Of a stretch of 44,952 nt of DNA, positions 11,264 to 22,227 are shown one piece after another. The DNA is from Craspedostauros australis (lineage: Eukaryota). Each line of letters begins with the position of its first letter. Positions within the stretch are counted from its first letter, which is position 1. The stretch spans positions 62,001 to 106,952 of the forward strand of contig JALAGF010005473.1 in NCBI GenBank assembly GCA_030167865.1, written 5' to 3'. A program made the position numbers and the translations under genes. Under the pieces are notes generated by a model. The model had not been told where the DNA came from and made no database searches. It was given only the letters and a program-made list of their open reading frames with translations.

Positions 11264-11650
11264 GCGAGCGAGGAATTGACCGCGCACTATTCTGAAGTAG
11301 AAGAAGAAAATGACTGGACTGCCAAACCGCAGAAACGACGACGACGACGACGATGACGATGACGATGACGATGACGACAACGACAACGACGACTACCACC
11401 ACGCAAGAAGGAAAAGAAGAACAGGGTCGGAAAGCGGCTGGTGAGCAAACGCAAACTACGCAAATCTGCTTCGACGGAGGTTTCGCCTGTAGCAAAGTGA
11501 TTGCAGATTGCGGATGATAGAGACTAAGAGCCACTAAACTTGAGACCATGAAACAAAGAAAGTGACGACAACGACGACGATGACGATGATGATGATGATA
11601 GCGGCGATGACCACCATGCTGTTGTGTGATGTTGGCCCTGGTTCCATCGC
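11264..11650 (+). pseudogene. Duplicated, pseudogenised 3' end of the 1377-aa gene (direct repeat copy B)
   Basis: Reads ASEELTAHYSEVEEENDWTAKPQKRRRRRR* versus ASQELNGYYSEVEEENDWTAKPQKRRRQRR in the intact gene. In-frame TGAs lie in an expanded CGA/TGA tract, and there is a further CGA>TGA change (AAG TGA TTG versus AAG CGA TTG). It has no start or 5' part. Confidence 0.92.
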
Positions 11651-11841
11651 GCTTCGGTGCACTGCGATGCGATGTATTCGTGAAGTCAAGTCAAGTCAGT
11701 GCATTGTGTGAAAGTCTGGAATGCTCCAACGCAGAGTACGTAGAGTATTGGTAGAGCAGGAGAGAATGGAACAACTCATACGAGCTTGGAATAGAGTGTT
11801 ACACGAGTGCCACTGCTCAACCGAAGATTGATTGCTCGACT

Positions 11842-13596
11842 CTACGGCTTTTCTGGTTCTTCCGCTTTGGCCTTGTCGCTGCTGTCTCCTTCTTCCTCCT
11901 TGTCTCCTTCCTTTTTGGCGTCGTCACCATCGCTGGTGTCATCGCCAGTGGCTTCTTTTTCCTCAGCCACTACTTCCTCCGAAACTGCGGCTGCTTCGTC
12001 TCCTCCTGCTTCCTCTACTGATGTGGATTCAGCGGCACTCTCCGCATCGTCAGTATCTTCTTCGGTATGCGCTGCTTCCGCCGCCTTTGGTTGCGGCGCC
12101 GGGGTCGGTGGCGCACTGCCCCAGGCCTCCGTGGCACCATGCTTGGTCTTCTGAATCCAGGCACCCTGGACACCTTTGTACAAGGTCTCTGCGAGACCGC
12201 GCTTCTGCCTCCAGGCCACGTGGGTGACCTCATCCTGCGTGGCGACTCGGAGCTCCCCATCCTGCTCGACGACGGTGTTTTCGGTGGATCCGTTCTTGTA
12301 GGTGGTGATGCGACGTCCCTTCTTGCGTAGGGCGCGCGTGTCGACGAGTTGTGCGACGTACTTGAAGCGATCGCGCTTGTCGCCGTCCGCGCTGGATTGC
12401 GGGTAAGGGATGGGGTCGCCATTATCATTGTCCTTGTTGGTGTTGGGCGTGGCCGCCAACCGCTCCTTGTTTTCGAGCAGCTTGCGCACGACGCTGGGAT
12501 CGGTCTTGACGGGCACCACCGCCTCATCGACGTCCTCCTTGTAAGTGTGATTGTTGAGGATGAGCTGAGCTTCCTTGGCATCGCGGTGGTTGGCCTGCTC
12601 AAGCTTCTGCTCGATGTCGAAGATATCGTCCGTTCTCTGCCACTTGTAGGAGGTCTCGTCTGGTTCGCCGAGACCATGGATGCCAACGGGATTCTCGACG
12701 AAACGCTCGGGCGCGACCGTGAATTGGGACTTGTAAGCATCCTTGATGTTCTGCATGATCTGCTTCTCGGCGTAGTCGGCCTGCTCCTCGCAGAGCAATT
12801 CCGGGTTGTTGCGGCGCATCTGCTCTTCCTCGTGCTGCAGCTGGATGATGGCCGCCGCACGCGATGCCGTGATGCTGTGCTTCTGCGCGATGATCTTGAC
12901 GACGTACTCGTGCGACGTGGCGTTGTGGCTCTCGTGGCTGCGCATCATCATATCGATGTACTGCACGTACATTTGACGGCTGGTCTTCTGGTCGATCCAG
13001 CCGAGCGTGATCATGGCATCCTCGTAGGTGGAGAACTCCTCATCCCACGTGACGGCGGGACGGTTGGCAAAGTCCTCGGCGCTGATGACCTTGGAGTTGG
13101 GATTGAATGCGGGTCTGTAGAGCGGGTCTTTGCGCTCGGGATCCCATTCGCCTGGAGACAGCGTCGCTGTGACGAAGGGTTGCTTTGGCTTGCCAACGTC
13201 CAGGTCTTCATCAGCGCCACCTCCCGCTGAGGTTGGTGGCGGTGGCGATCCTCCTGGGCCTCTTCCTCTTCCTTTGTTGTTGTTGTTGCGATTATGCCAT
13301 CTTGGGTTGAAACTCTTTCCCCGAATGTTGTTTCTGTTGCCATTGTTGCCATTGTTGCCATTGTAGTTGTTGTTGTGGTTGTTGTTGGATCTTGACCTGG
13401 GTGGCACATTCGAGGAGAAAGAGCGCAATGCTTGCGTTTGCCCCTCCGCCTGTGCCTGCGAAGACACGACAGACGCGGCTGGAGATGCGGCCATGGCTGC
13501 GGATGCGGATGCGGATACAGGCACATGCCCGAGCTGCTTCGTCAGCACAGCCCGGGAGGGGCTGCGGATCGCGCTGCGGATCACCTTGCGAAACAT
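11842..13596 (-). CDS. Mitochondrion-targeted protein, probable mitoribosomal small-subunit mS45/Bot1-like
   Basis: 584-aa ORF with an Arg/Ser/Ala-rich presequence ending ...ALRSFSS. The segment RQMYVQY...VKIIAQKHSITASRAAAIIQLQHEEEQM resembles the helix-turn-helix core of the Bot1p/mS45 family. Acidic C-terminal tail. The gene is secure; the family call is tentative. Confidence 0.6.
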   Translation of the reverse strand: MFRKVIRSAIRSPSRAVLTKQLGHVPVSASASAAMAASPAASVVSSQAQAEGQTQALRSFSSNVPPRSRSNNNHNNNYNGNNGNNGNRNNIRGKSFNPRWHNRNNNNKGRGRGPGGSPPPPTSAGGGADEDLDVGKPKQPFVTATLSPGEWDPERKDPLYRPAFNPNSKVISAEDFANRPAVTWDEEFSTYEDAMITLGWIDQKTSRQMYVQYIDMMMRSHESHNATSHEYVVKIIAQKHSITASRAAAIIQLQHEEEQMRRNNPELLCEEQADYAEKQIMQNIKDAYKSQFTVAPERFVENPVGIHGLGEPDETSYKWQRTDDIFDIEQKLEQANHRDAKEAQLILNNHTYKEDVDEAVVPVKTDPSVVRKLLENKERLAATPNTNKDNDNGDPIPYPQSSADGDKRDRFKYVAQLVDTRALRKKGRRITTYKNGSTENTVVEQDGELRVATQDEVTHVAWRQKRGLAETLYKGVQGAWIQKTKHGATEAWGSAPPTPAPQPKAAEAAHTEEDTDDAESAAESTSVEEAGGDEAAAVSEEVVAEEKEATGDDTSDGDDAKKEGDKEEEGDSSDKAKAEEPEKP

Positions 13597-14698
13597 GACT
13601 CGTTTGGCTCCAATAGCCTTGGCTATCTTGATGGCTGTCGTGATGGTTGTGTTCGTCGACAGTGTGGTACTTGTTCACCAGAAAGGGCCAGCTGTGTATA
13701 ATAGATTATTGGTACATGCGATACAGGCACTGCAACGATGTGAAGAGACGGGATGTCGTACTCTCTCTCTCTCTCTCTTTGTCTCTGTTTGTCTCCTTGC
13801 GTGTGTGCGTGTCTCCGATCCATCAACATGCTCTCCTCCACCACCAAGCCCACAAAACTCGTGTCGCCACCACCACACATCCCCGCCTGTCTTGTTTTCG
13901 CTGAGCACATCCTGGATTTATAAATGGCATGTACTTGGTCTTACCTGAAGCAATCCACAGTAATCAACATTTATAAAGTATGTCCCTCTTCCGCTGAAGG
14001 CTTTGAGAGTACCTTGATTCCGATGGATCGCGAGCAATACCTCAGGTGGAGACGTTATTCAGACGTTAACCGATTGGGGAGTTGTGTTAGGCCGCAAACG
14101 CGCGAGCCGTGCGACTATTGCAATTCGGGTGGCTCCCTGGAGTCACGTTCCCTTGGTGAAACACGCATGCCCTTCCACGCTGAGACATTTTGAATCCCAA
14201 CAGAGAACAAGACAAAAAAGAATCACCTGTTTCCGCCCAACGTCGGCCGATTTCTCGTATCGCACAAGAAAAACAACAGCGGCGACGACCACGCCCATAC
14301 TCGTACGTACGATCGGATTATAACAGCAACATGCTCTCCATGGTACGAGTGTGTGTAAGAGGACAGCAGTTTAAAGAGAGCACATCCGGACGATGAACTC
14401 GTATCATGCATCGGTAGCATTGATGCCATCCATGTCATTGATTGCAAGAAGCGACGAAGAGCGCTGTTGGCAGTGAAAGAACAGCATGATTGGTGATAAC
14501 TAACGAAACGTTCATGGATCCTTTCCCACCGTTCCAGTTTGTGAGCACACGCGATCGGGGACTGTGATCTCCTCCCGTCCGCGATCACGTCCACTGATTC
14601 CCAACCGTAGATTGGTAAAGTTGCATCCACCTTGAAGGGACCGAGACCTTCGTGCGTTCATCAGCATCATTCTCACAGCAGCGACGACGACGACCACC

Positions 14699-16362
14699 AT
14701 GACGGCCGCAACAAATAACATACCCCAGTCCAAACTTACCACCACCATGGTGTCGTTCATGATTGCCATCAGCATGATCATGGCTCTATGGAGCATATTT
14801 TTGACCTTCAAGATGGACCCAGCGAACATTGCAACGGTCAATGCTGCGTGGGATCATCCCGTCAGTCCTGCCGTAGACATGCGGGATGTCGCAGAAGGAG
14901 GCAACATGAAGACAGTTGATAGTGACCACGCTGTGAATACCGCGAGTGCTCGTACAACTGATGGAGTACTCAATGATCAGCATACGGGCATGGGTGAACA
15001 AGCTGATCCACAGATGGATGAGCAACAAGAGCAGCAACATGACCGACCGATACTATTTCCGAAGCCAGAACCGGCACAGCGATACTTCTCCCTCAAGAAT
15101 GTCACGGAGACGGGGGTGGATGTTTCGGACCCGCAACTTTACCTCGGAGAGGATCTGCATGGCGACAGCTCTACAGCCACAGTAATGGGCATGGGTAAGC
15201 ACTTCCGTTCCACCACTCTTTGTCTGAAGCGACACAACTGACACAACGAGGCCATCAATTCAACCAGAAATTCCGCATTTACTAATGTTGTTTGCGCTTC
15301 TTTCTGCTTCCCTTGTTCCTTCTTACGCTTCCTTTTCACGCTGCACACTGCTCCGTTCCAATTGTGTCGCGCTGTATCGCAGCCACCAAGTACCCATTGA
15401 TGGTGTTTCATCGCTTTGTCGGCTCATTGCGAAAATCTGGATTCAAGGGGAACATCATCTTGGGGGTGGGGCCTGATACACGGCCGCACATCATCAACTA
15501 TCTCAAATCACGCAACGTCATCGTCAAGACCTTCGAGTGGGTCAAGTGCGAGTACGAAGAAGGAAGCGCGGGGTCCAAGGCCTTCGCCAAGATCGACACG
15601 TGCATCTCGCCCTTCAACGACATCAAATCACGATGGAGCCGATATCCTCTGCAGAAAATGTGGCTGGAAGAATGTGAAACCTGCACGGGGCCGGTCCTCA
15701 CTATCGACGTCCGCGACACCTACTTCCAGTTAGATCCTTTCGGCCCTGGTTCGCCCAAGGTGGAGGGGTTGCAGGTGTTTGAGGAGCACAAGAAACAGAC
15801 AACGAGCCACTGGATGGTGAACAAACCCATCCGGATTTGCAAGAATACCACACACGAAGGTACGATGCTCTGCTCCGGGAGCACCATCGGGACGCGGAAG
15901 GCCATGCTCAAATACTTCGAGGTGATGTATGAGGAAATGAAAGTCTGGATCAAGGTCGCAAAATGTCGATTCGACATTGATGGCGATGATCAAACGATGC
16001 ACAATCATCTCTACTATTCTGGGCAGCTCCCCTTCGCCACGCCGATCGCCTACCGCGCCGGCGGCATCATCATCACACTCGGCAGCGCAGCCAGGGTATA
16101 CACCGATAAGAAGAATACGTACTACCAAAATACACTCAAGATGAATCCGATCAAGGCCCATGCCATGCCGTTCTTCAATGCCACCGAAGACCGATGGCTT
16201 GGTCCCAAGGATCTCATCGACGACGAGGGGTACTTCGTGGAGTACGACGGGTCCCGATCCAGGGTGGTGCATCAATTCGATCGATTCGGATTTGCCCTGG
16301 ATCATTGGCTCAACAGGAAAGGCTTCAGTAGCGATTACGGCTCGGAACGACAAAAGGGTTGA
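14699..16362 (+). CDS. Type II membrane glycosyltransferase-like protein, copy 2; 2 exons, 491 aa
   Basis: Exons 14699-15194 and 15383-16362. Intron 15195-15382 (GTAAGC...CGCAG, phase 1) is at the same position as in copy 1. Exon lengths (496 + 980 nt) and motifs match copy 1. Confidence 0.85.
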
Positions 16363-17193
16363 GTTTCTGCCTCAGGTGGGGAGTGTTCTGCGAACAACCA
16401 ATAATGGGCAACTAGTCGTTGATGCATACATCGAATGCGCATGACGATCAAAGAAGCATCCAGGTGTAGGAGCTTGGTGCGGGCATGCAGATTCTTCTGG
16501 TCATGTATGATGCATACTGCTTCAATGGGATCGTCTTTAGTGGAGTGCGAGATGTTTGTTTGTAAATGTACGCGGTTGCGGAGGGTGGCTCGATACATCA
16601 ACTTGCGTGCACGCATACGAATTGGGGATCCTCGTGAGATGCACGTTGCAGGAGCCAAGATTCTCGCATCGCGCACTTTTTGGCGATTGCGTTCTCCATT
16701 CGTGGATGTTGGAATCACTCTCCACATTTTGGGTCATTCATTTTATCCTCTCGGGCAGCGTTGATGAACTTGAGAGATCCATCGCGAAGCGATTGGGAGT
16801 GAGTGGTGCGGCCTATTCTTTGGAAGCATCGTGGTCTGTGTGAGTGAGCGAACGAGCTGGCGCGAGCACCTGCGACGAGTTCTTCCATTGGAATCGAAAC
16901 ACCCCGCGCGCAGTTCCGGATGCTGTTCTTGTGCTTTGATCATCGCTGGCTCCGTGCTATCGTCATCCTGTTGCATGGAGATATGCCATCGATGGCTGTC
17001 GATATCATGCAATCCGATCCTGCATGATCAGACTCTAGAAAGACAACGCAATTGTAAATATCGTGACTACATGCCAGAGCTCCCTTCCTCTGTCTGCAGA
17101 GAGGCGCACACTACGTATCTTTTCCGAAACTATTCGTTCTCATGGTGCTGTGCCATAGTCGTACGTACGAGCATTCAGCTCAATTCGAGTGTT

Positions 17194-19752
17194 CTACGAT
17201 GATTCGGAAGAGTCGTCACTCGTCTTGCGTTTCTTGGAGCTGCGCGATTTCTTCTTTCGCTTCTCCTTGCTACGTTTCGTCTTGTGCCTGCGTTTCTCCT
17301 TCTTTTCATCTCTGTCACTGTCAGCCTTGTGATGGCGTTTGCGGTTTTTATTCTTCGTGTCGTCATCATCGCTGCTGCTACCGTCGCTATCACTGTCATC
17401 TTTGCGATGCCGTTTGCGCTTCTCTTTCTTTCTCCTCTTCGCATCATCGTCGGTGCCGTCTTTGCGGCCCCGTTTGCGTTTGTGTTTCTTCGAGTGTGAT
17501 TTTGATCGTTTTGTGGTTGGGGCGTCGTCATCATCTTTGGTTTGTGCGAGTGTGTTGGATATGGCTCGAGTCGCTTTCAGTTCTGCTCTTGGCTCAGCCT
17601 TTGATTGCGGTACATCGCCGTTGTTCTCATCCTCCTCTCCATCGTCGTCGTCGTTGTCGTCACCATTCTCGTCATCGCTTCCAGATTGAAAGATGGATTT
17701 CAACACCGTCATTGATGGACGAGCACGAGGCTGCGATGGCTTGGCTTGCACGGTTTTCGTCTGTCGTTTGGCGGGAGTCGTCTTCTTTGTTTTGCGTTGC
17801 TGCGTGGCTTGCTTGTTCTGGATCTTGTCCAGAACATGCTGTTGGAAGAACTTCTCTTCCTTGGAGCGGAGATCGGGGTCATTCGCCGTGCCCTGTTGAG
17901 AGCGATTGGTGGTAGGGATGTGAAATCGTTTGCACACGAGGGAACTTGGTTGAAAGGATTCTGTGGTGCGCTGAATGTCGATGTCCGCGGGCCCAACTTG
18001 TGAGGGATCCGTGCCGACATTCGCATCGGCATCTGTCGTTTCTGTGTTGTATTCCGGGAAATGCAACCCTACCTGCGAAGATGCTTTGGGTGCTTCCTCT
18101 TTGGCGCCACTGCGGAAACGAGTCTTCATGGATGCGACCAGCTCTGAGAAGTGCTTCCCGGCCATGGGCTTCGATTTGTCCTCCTGCTGTTGATGATTGA
18201 TGTTCCGCTTCCGCTCGCGAGCATCGGCGATCTTCATGCGTCGGGATGAATGAACATGGGCAGCAGCCGAATCCAGCGCCTCCTGGTACGCGATATCCCT
18301 CTGACGTTCTTCACGCGTGAGTTTGACGGCATGGCCCATGTCTTGGAATACGTGCGGATGTTCTGATTGTGCGAACCTGTGCGGATGAAGATTCCAGTCT
18401 CGAGGCACGTCGGGTCCGGGGTAGCGGACCTTGGCCATATCCACCACCCCCGCCAATCGGAATCCATCCAACACTCCGTACCTGTTCTTGGGTTTCTGTG
18501 AAGAAGTGCCATTGCGGTTGCTGCTGCTGTTGGTGTTGGAGGTGGCAGCGGCTGCGATCGCATCTGTTGATTCGATCCCGGCCCATGCTGAGAGCAAGCC
18601 ACCGAAGGGATTATTCTCAAGTTTTGCATTGTTTTTCTTCGATGATGATGACGCTGTCAATGACGACGACGATTGCTGATTCGTACCCTTGATATGTTTC
18701 GACTTCTGTTGAGCCATGACATCATTCTCATCGTCGCTTGAAACATGCTCATAGATCTCCGTGTTGTACATATCCTTTGAGATATCGCGTTTTTGTGGCT
18801 TGGTCGAGGATCTTGCCCACGGACTGCGACGATCATGATATCCGCCATCTTCGTCGTAGGCGTCATCGGCATCGTCCCGCAGAGCAAATCCTCCGACGGT
18901 GCGTGTGCCCACAAAATCCTCCATCGTGTCATACGCAGCGAGATGATCATCGTCGTTGTTCATGTCCATATCCATGTCATCTGCATTGAGAATACCACCA
19001 TGCGTTGCTGCGGATCGTCCATCCGCAATGGTGGCTGTGCGGTACACATTGGCTTGGCCTCTGGTACGTTGTTGCGCCAACTTCTTGCGATATTCTCGAT
19101 GCTTTTGGAACTCCGGCGCGTTCTCAAGAGCCTGGAAGCCAAGACCGGCTTGATCGAATTTGGGAGGTGGCATCTTGCGCATTCGGGATTGCTGCAGTTT
19201 GAGTTTGCGAATGCGCTTGTTGGAAAGCGATGGGGCGGTGTCGCTCTGCTTCAATTGTTGCTGCCGCTGATGTTGTTGCTGCAATGGGAAGTCATCCCGG
19301 TCCTCCGTGATGATGGCCGAAGACGTCTCCTGCCGCCAGCCCATCTGCCTCATGAGGCGCATTCCGATGCCTTGTTGAAATTTGACTTGGAAGAGACGGT
19401 CAAAGCTGGGCCCTGCGGTTGCACCACCACCAGATCTGTTGTTGTTGTTGTTGCTACTATCTGGGCGCTTGGCTGCGGCACGCTTGTCCTCGCGATCGTC
19501 CGAACGCGAATACTCCGATCGCAGCTGGTTGGGCCCACCAAAATCCTGATGATCCTCGTCGTCCATGAAGTCCTGGATCTGCTGCTGGCGTTGCGTGTCG
19601 TTTGACGGCGTCCATCCTTCCTTGCTCCCGACGGTGTTGAAGTATCCCGCCGAGAAGCCGCCCGTGAAGGCCCCATGAAAGCGGCTGCTCTCCTTGAGCT
19701 GCCGTCGCTTTGCTGATGGCACGTACACTGCCTTGGAGGACGGATTCGGCAT
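17194..19752 (-). CDS. GPATCH1: G-patch domain-containing protein 1 (TOUGH/DUF1604 family RNA-processing factor)
   Basis: Signature RFHGAFTGGFSAGYFNTVGSKEGWTPS, followed by QDFMDDED, a G-patch (GIGMRLMRQMGWRQ...GLGF), WxP/FxP-type LVCKRF motif and a K/R/D/S-rich C-terminal tail. Confidence 0.93.
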   Translation of the reverse strand: MPNPSSKAVYVPSAKRRQLKESSRFHGAFTGGFSAGYFNTVGSKEGWTPSNDTQRQQQIQDFMDDEDHQDFGGPNQLRSEYSRSDDREDKRAAAKRPDSSNNNNNRSGGGATAGPSFDRLFQVKFQQGIGMRLMRQMGWRQETSSAIITEDRDDFPLQQQHQRQQQLKQSDTAPSLSNKRIRKLKLQQSRMRKMPPPKFDQAGLGFQALENAPEFQKHREYRKKLAQQRTRGQANVYRTATIADGRSAATHGGILNADDMDMDMNNDDDHLAAYDTMEDFVGTRTVGGFALRDDADDAYDEDGGYHDRRSPWARSSTKPQKRDISKDMYNTEIYEHVSSDDENDVMAQQKSKHIKGTNQQSSSSLTASSSSKKNNAKLENNPFGGLLSAWAGIESTDAIAAAATSNTNSSSNRNGTSSQKPKNRYGVLDGFRLAGVVDMAKVRYPGPDVPRDWNLHPHRFAQSEHPHVFQDMGHAVKLTREERQRDIAYQEALDSAAAHVHSSRRMKIADARERKRNINHQQQEDKSKPMAGKHFSELVASMKTRFRSGAKEEAPKASSQVGLHFPEYNTETTDADANVGTDPSQVGPADIDIQRTTESFQPSSLVCKRFHIPTTNRSQQGTANDPDLRSKEEKFFQQHVLDKIQNKQATQQRKTKKTTPAKRQTKTVQAKPSQPRARPSMTVLKSIFQSGSDDENGDDNDDDDGEEDENNGDVPQSKAEPRAELKATRAISNTLAQTKDDDDAPTTKRSKSHSKKHKRKRGRKDGTDDDAKRRKKEKRKRHRKDDSDSDGSSSDDDDTKNKNRKRHHKADSDRDEKKEKRRHKTKRSKEKRKKKSRSSKKRKTSDDSSESS

Positions 19753-20256
19753 TGTCGAGGTGGCAGTTCGGTTGGTTGTCTTTGCTGCGGTTCGATGCTA
19801 TTCTAGTATATGATGCTTGCTTGTGCTCAGAGCACAGCAGAGAAGAGGAGAGGAGACCAGATTCGAACGGCGCAATAGCAATACCTCCCTCCTCTCTTGT
19901 GCCATACAAGCGCATGCAATTGGGTGTGCGTCGCAGCCTGTGTTGATGGATCTCTGTGCGGACTTGTTGCACATCCTTGGGTTGATGGGTGAGTTTGGGT
20001 TGGTTGGTGAGAATCACAGCCTCGTTTGCGATTTGGTCGCGAGTCATGATGAATCAATGTGATCGAAATCGCTCAGGTCCAGTCACGAAATATTCTCGAA
20101 CACTAGAATTCACCGTGGAAGCGACCGATCTACACTGCAATGACATGCTATCAATCGGTTGACTTCATCGAGTCATTGTCCAGCGACATTCCAATCACGA
20201 GCAGAATCAGAATGAGTCACACAAGGACGCAATTTTGTCGCCAGAAAAGACACCAA

Positions 20257-20281
20257 TGACCTGACCTGACCTGACCTGACC
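20257..20281 (+). repeat. (TGACC)5 pentanucleotide repeat in the GPATCH1/EamA divergent intergenic region
   Basis: TGACCTGACCTGACCTGACCTGACC is directly visible. Confidence 0.9.
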
Positions 20282-20525
20282 GGAACACGACACAACACGG
20301 CACAGCGCTGCACTGTACAGAATGGTGCTGCGCACCTGGACGCGCGCTGTCGTGTGAGTTCCAATCCTCACAACAAAAGAGTAGTCTCTGCCATTGCCAT
20401 CCACACATCATCACATCACATCGCATCAGACCGCATCCATCGCACATCGCACATTGCAAAGAGACAGGTTCAGGGGGCGTGGCTGACCGATCACCAATTC
20501 CATTCCTCTAACAAGAAAGGCGCAC

Positions 20526-20546
20526 AGAGAGAGAGAGAGAGAGAGA
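20526..20546 (+). repeat. (GA)n microsatellite just upstream of the EamA start; similar tracts at 8248-8263, 13761-13778, 25205-25220, 31502-31517 and 34174-34192
   Basis: Directly visible dinucleotide runs. Confidence 0.9.
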
Positions 20547-20556
20547 AGCAGAGAAG

Positions 20557-22227
20557 ATGGTGGAAAGACGACGAAACACGAGCAGCAGGCAGACAGCATC
20601 GGCGGTGATGAATGGACGCAGCAGCGGCCTGCCTGCGGGCGGCGACGGCAGCTCCTCCGCGCATCAGCAGACGCTCCAGTCTCTCAATGGCATTCCGTCG
20701 TCGCCCACGGCCATCAAGCCATGTACGAGCGCAAGCATGGGCGGCGTTGCCAAAGCCAGCGCATCGATCACCACGAGCGGCAATATCAGTCTGAGCACGA
20801 ACTCGGCCATCAGTCTGAGCATCAGCAATGGCATGAACAATGGCATGAACAATGGCATGAACAAGAGCATCAACAAGAGCAGCACTAAACCAGGCATCAA
20901 GCAAAAGCCGTTCGTGGAATTGGGAGTCTGGGCATCGCGAGCGCTGCTCCTCGTGGTTGCGGCCATGTACTCCACCAACTTTGCCAGCGTCAAGTACCTG
21001 GAGCAGTACTGCGACCACCCGCCGTGCAATCACGATCCCTCTGAGGCGGCCTTCTGCCGTTTCCTCGTCTCGGCTATGGTCTGCTTGCCGATCGTCTACG
21101 TCAACCGCCGCCACCGGTCGCTCATCCTCGCAGGCATGGAGTGCGGCATGTGGATGATGCTCAACTACCTCTGTCAGGCCGAGGCCTTGGAGTACATTCC
21201 GGCCGGCAAATGCGCCTTCATCGGGGCTCTCGCAGTCGTCACGGTGCCCTTGTTCGCGGGGATCTTCAGAGGCAAGCCAGTCCGTGCCATCAATCTCATC
21301 AGCGCCGGCATTGCCCTCTTCGGCGTCGCCATACTCGAGAATGTGCTCCCAATCTCCTCCCTCATCGGTGACGGCGACGCGTCTGCAACCGCTGCGCACC
21401 ACGCCTTGGCAGAAGCCAACAACCCGCCCATCGCATTGGGTCTCGGAAAGGGCGATCTCCTGGCGCTCGGACAGCCCCTCGGCTTCGGTTTCTGCGTCAT
21501 GAGAATAGAAATGCATCTGGAGCGTCACGCCCACATACCTACCCGGGTTCTCACCATGACGGCAGCGCAATGCACCATGGTCTGCATGCTGGCCTTCGTC
21601 TGGGCAAACTCGGACCGATTCTCCGAGACCGGCACCATCCTTTCGCTCTACGATCTCTCCTACATGTGGGAGATGCACCGCATCATTGCGCTTCTGTGGA
21701 CAGGCGTTGTCACCACGGTCGTCGCCATCATCATGCAGGGCATCGCCTTGCAAAAGGCATCGGCCACGGACGCTGCCTTGATTTTCAGTACGGAACCTGT
21801 CTGGGGGTCCCTGTTCGCGGGATGGCTGCTGAATGAGGAGCTCTCGTCGACCACTTACATCGGCGGTGCCTTCATCCTCATCGCCTGCGTTCTCGGCAGT
21901 CTTGGGGACGGAGGTGGCCACGGGGGCGGGAATTCAGTGGATCCAAACGCAAAGGCAAAGGCCACGGGCCTCGCATCACCGTCATCATCATCGTCATGGA
22001 CAGGTCTGTTTGGTGCAACTTCACTATCGCAACGTAAATCGCGAGAACAGAGACGGCGCCTGCTCAAATCCAAGACTAGTCAGGATCCTCTCAAAGTCTT
22101 CAAGCAGAAGCACAATGGCTACTTCGGCACCAGCGCCGCCGTCAAGATCGGTCACACCGACAGCTTCGAAAATGAACAGGAGAAGCTCTCTCACTCCATC
22201 TCCCATCCACATGTTCATAACGTGTAG
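20557..22227 (+). CDS. EamA/DMT-superfamily membrane transporter
   Basis: 556-aa ORF with about 10 hydrophobic segments in two repeats. Typical motifs include ALEYIPAGKCAFI, GDLLAL and ASATDAALIFSTEPVWGSLFAGWLLNE...YIGGAFIL. Low-complexity N-terminus with MNNG repeats. Confidence 0.9.
   Translation: MVERRRNTSSRQTASAVMNGRSSGLPAGGDGSSSAHQQTLQSLNGIPSSPTAIKPCTSASMGGVAKASASITTSGNISLSTNSAISLSISNGMNNGMNNGMNKSINKSSTKPGIKQKPFVELGVWASRALLLVVAAMYSTNFASVKYLEQYCDHPPCNHDPSEAAFCRFLVSAMVCLPIVYVNRRHRSLILAGMECGMWMMLNYLCQAEALEYIPAGKCAFIGALAVVTVPLFAGIFRGKPVRAINLISAGIALFGVAILENVLPISSLIGDGDASATAAHHALAEANNPPIALGLGKGDLLALGQPLGFGFCVMRIEMHLERHAHIPTRVLTMTAAQCTMVCMLAFVWANSDRFSETGTILSLYDLSYMWEMHRIIALLWTGVVTTVVAIIMQGIALQKASATDAALIFSTEPVWGSLFAGWLLNEELSSTTYIGGAFILIACVLGSLGDGGGHGGGNSVDPNAKAKATGLASPSSSSSWTGLFGATSLSQRKSREQRRRLLKSKTSQDPLKVFKQKHNGYFGTSAAVKIGHTDSFENEQEKLSHSISHPHVHNV

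Noticed and set aside
20491..21921. 476-aa minus-strand ORF
   Set aside because: Antisense shadow of the EamA transporter with no recognisable motifs; expected from GC-rich codon bias.
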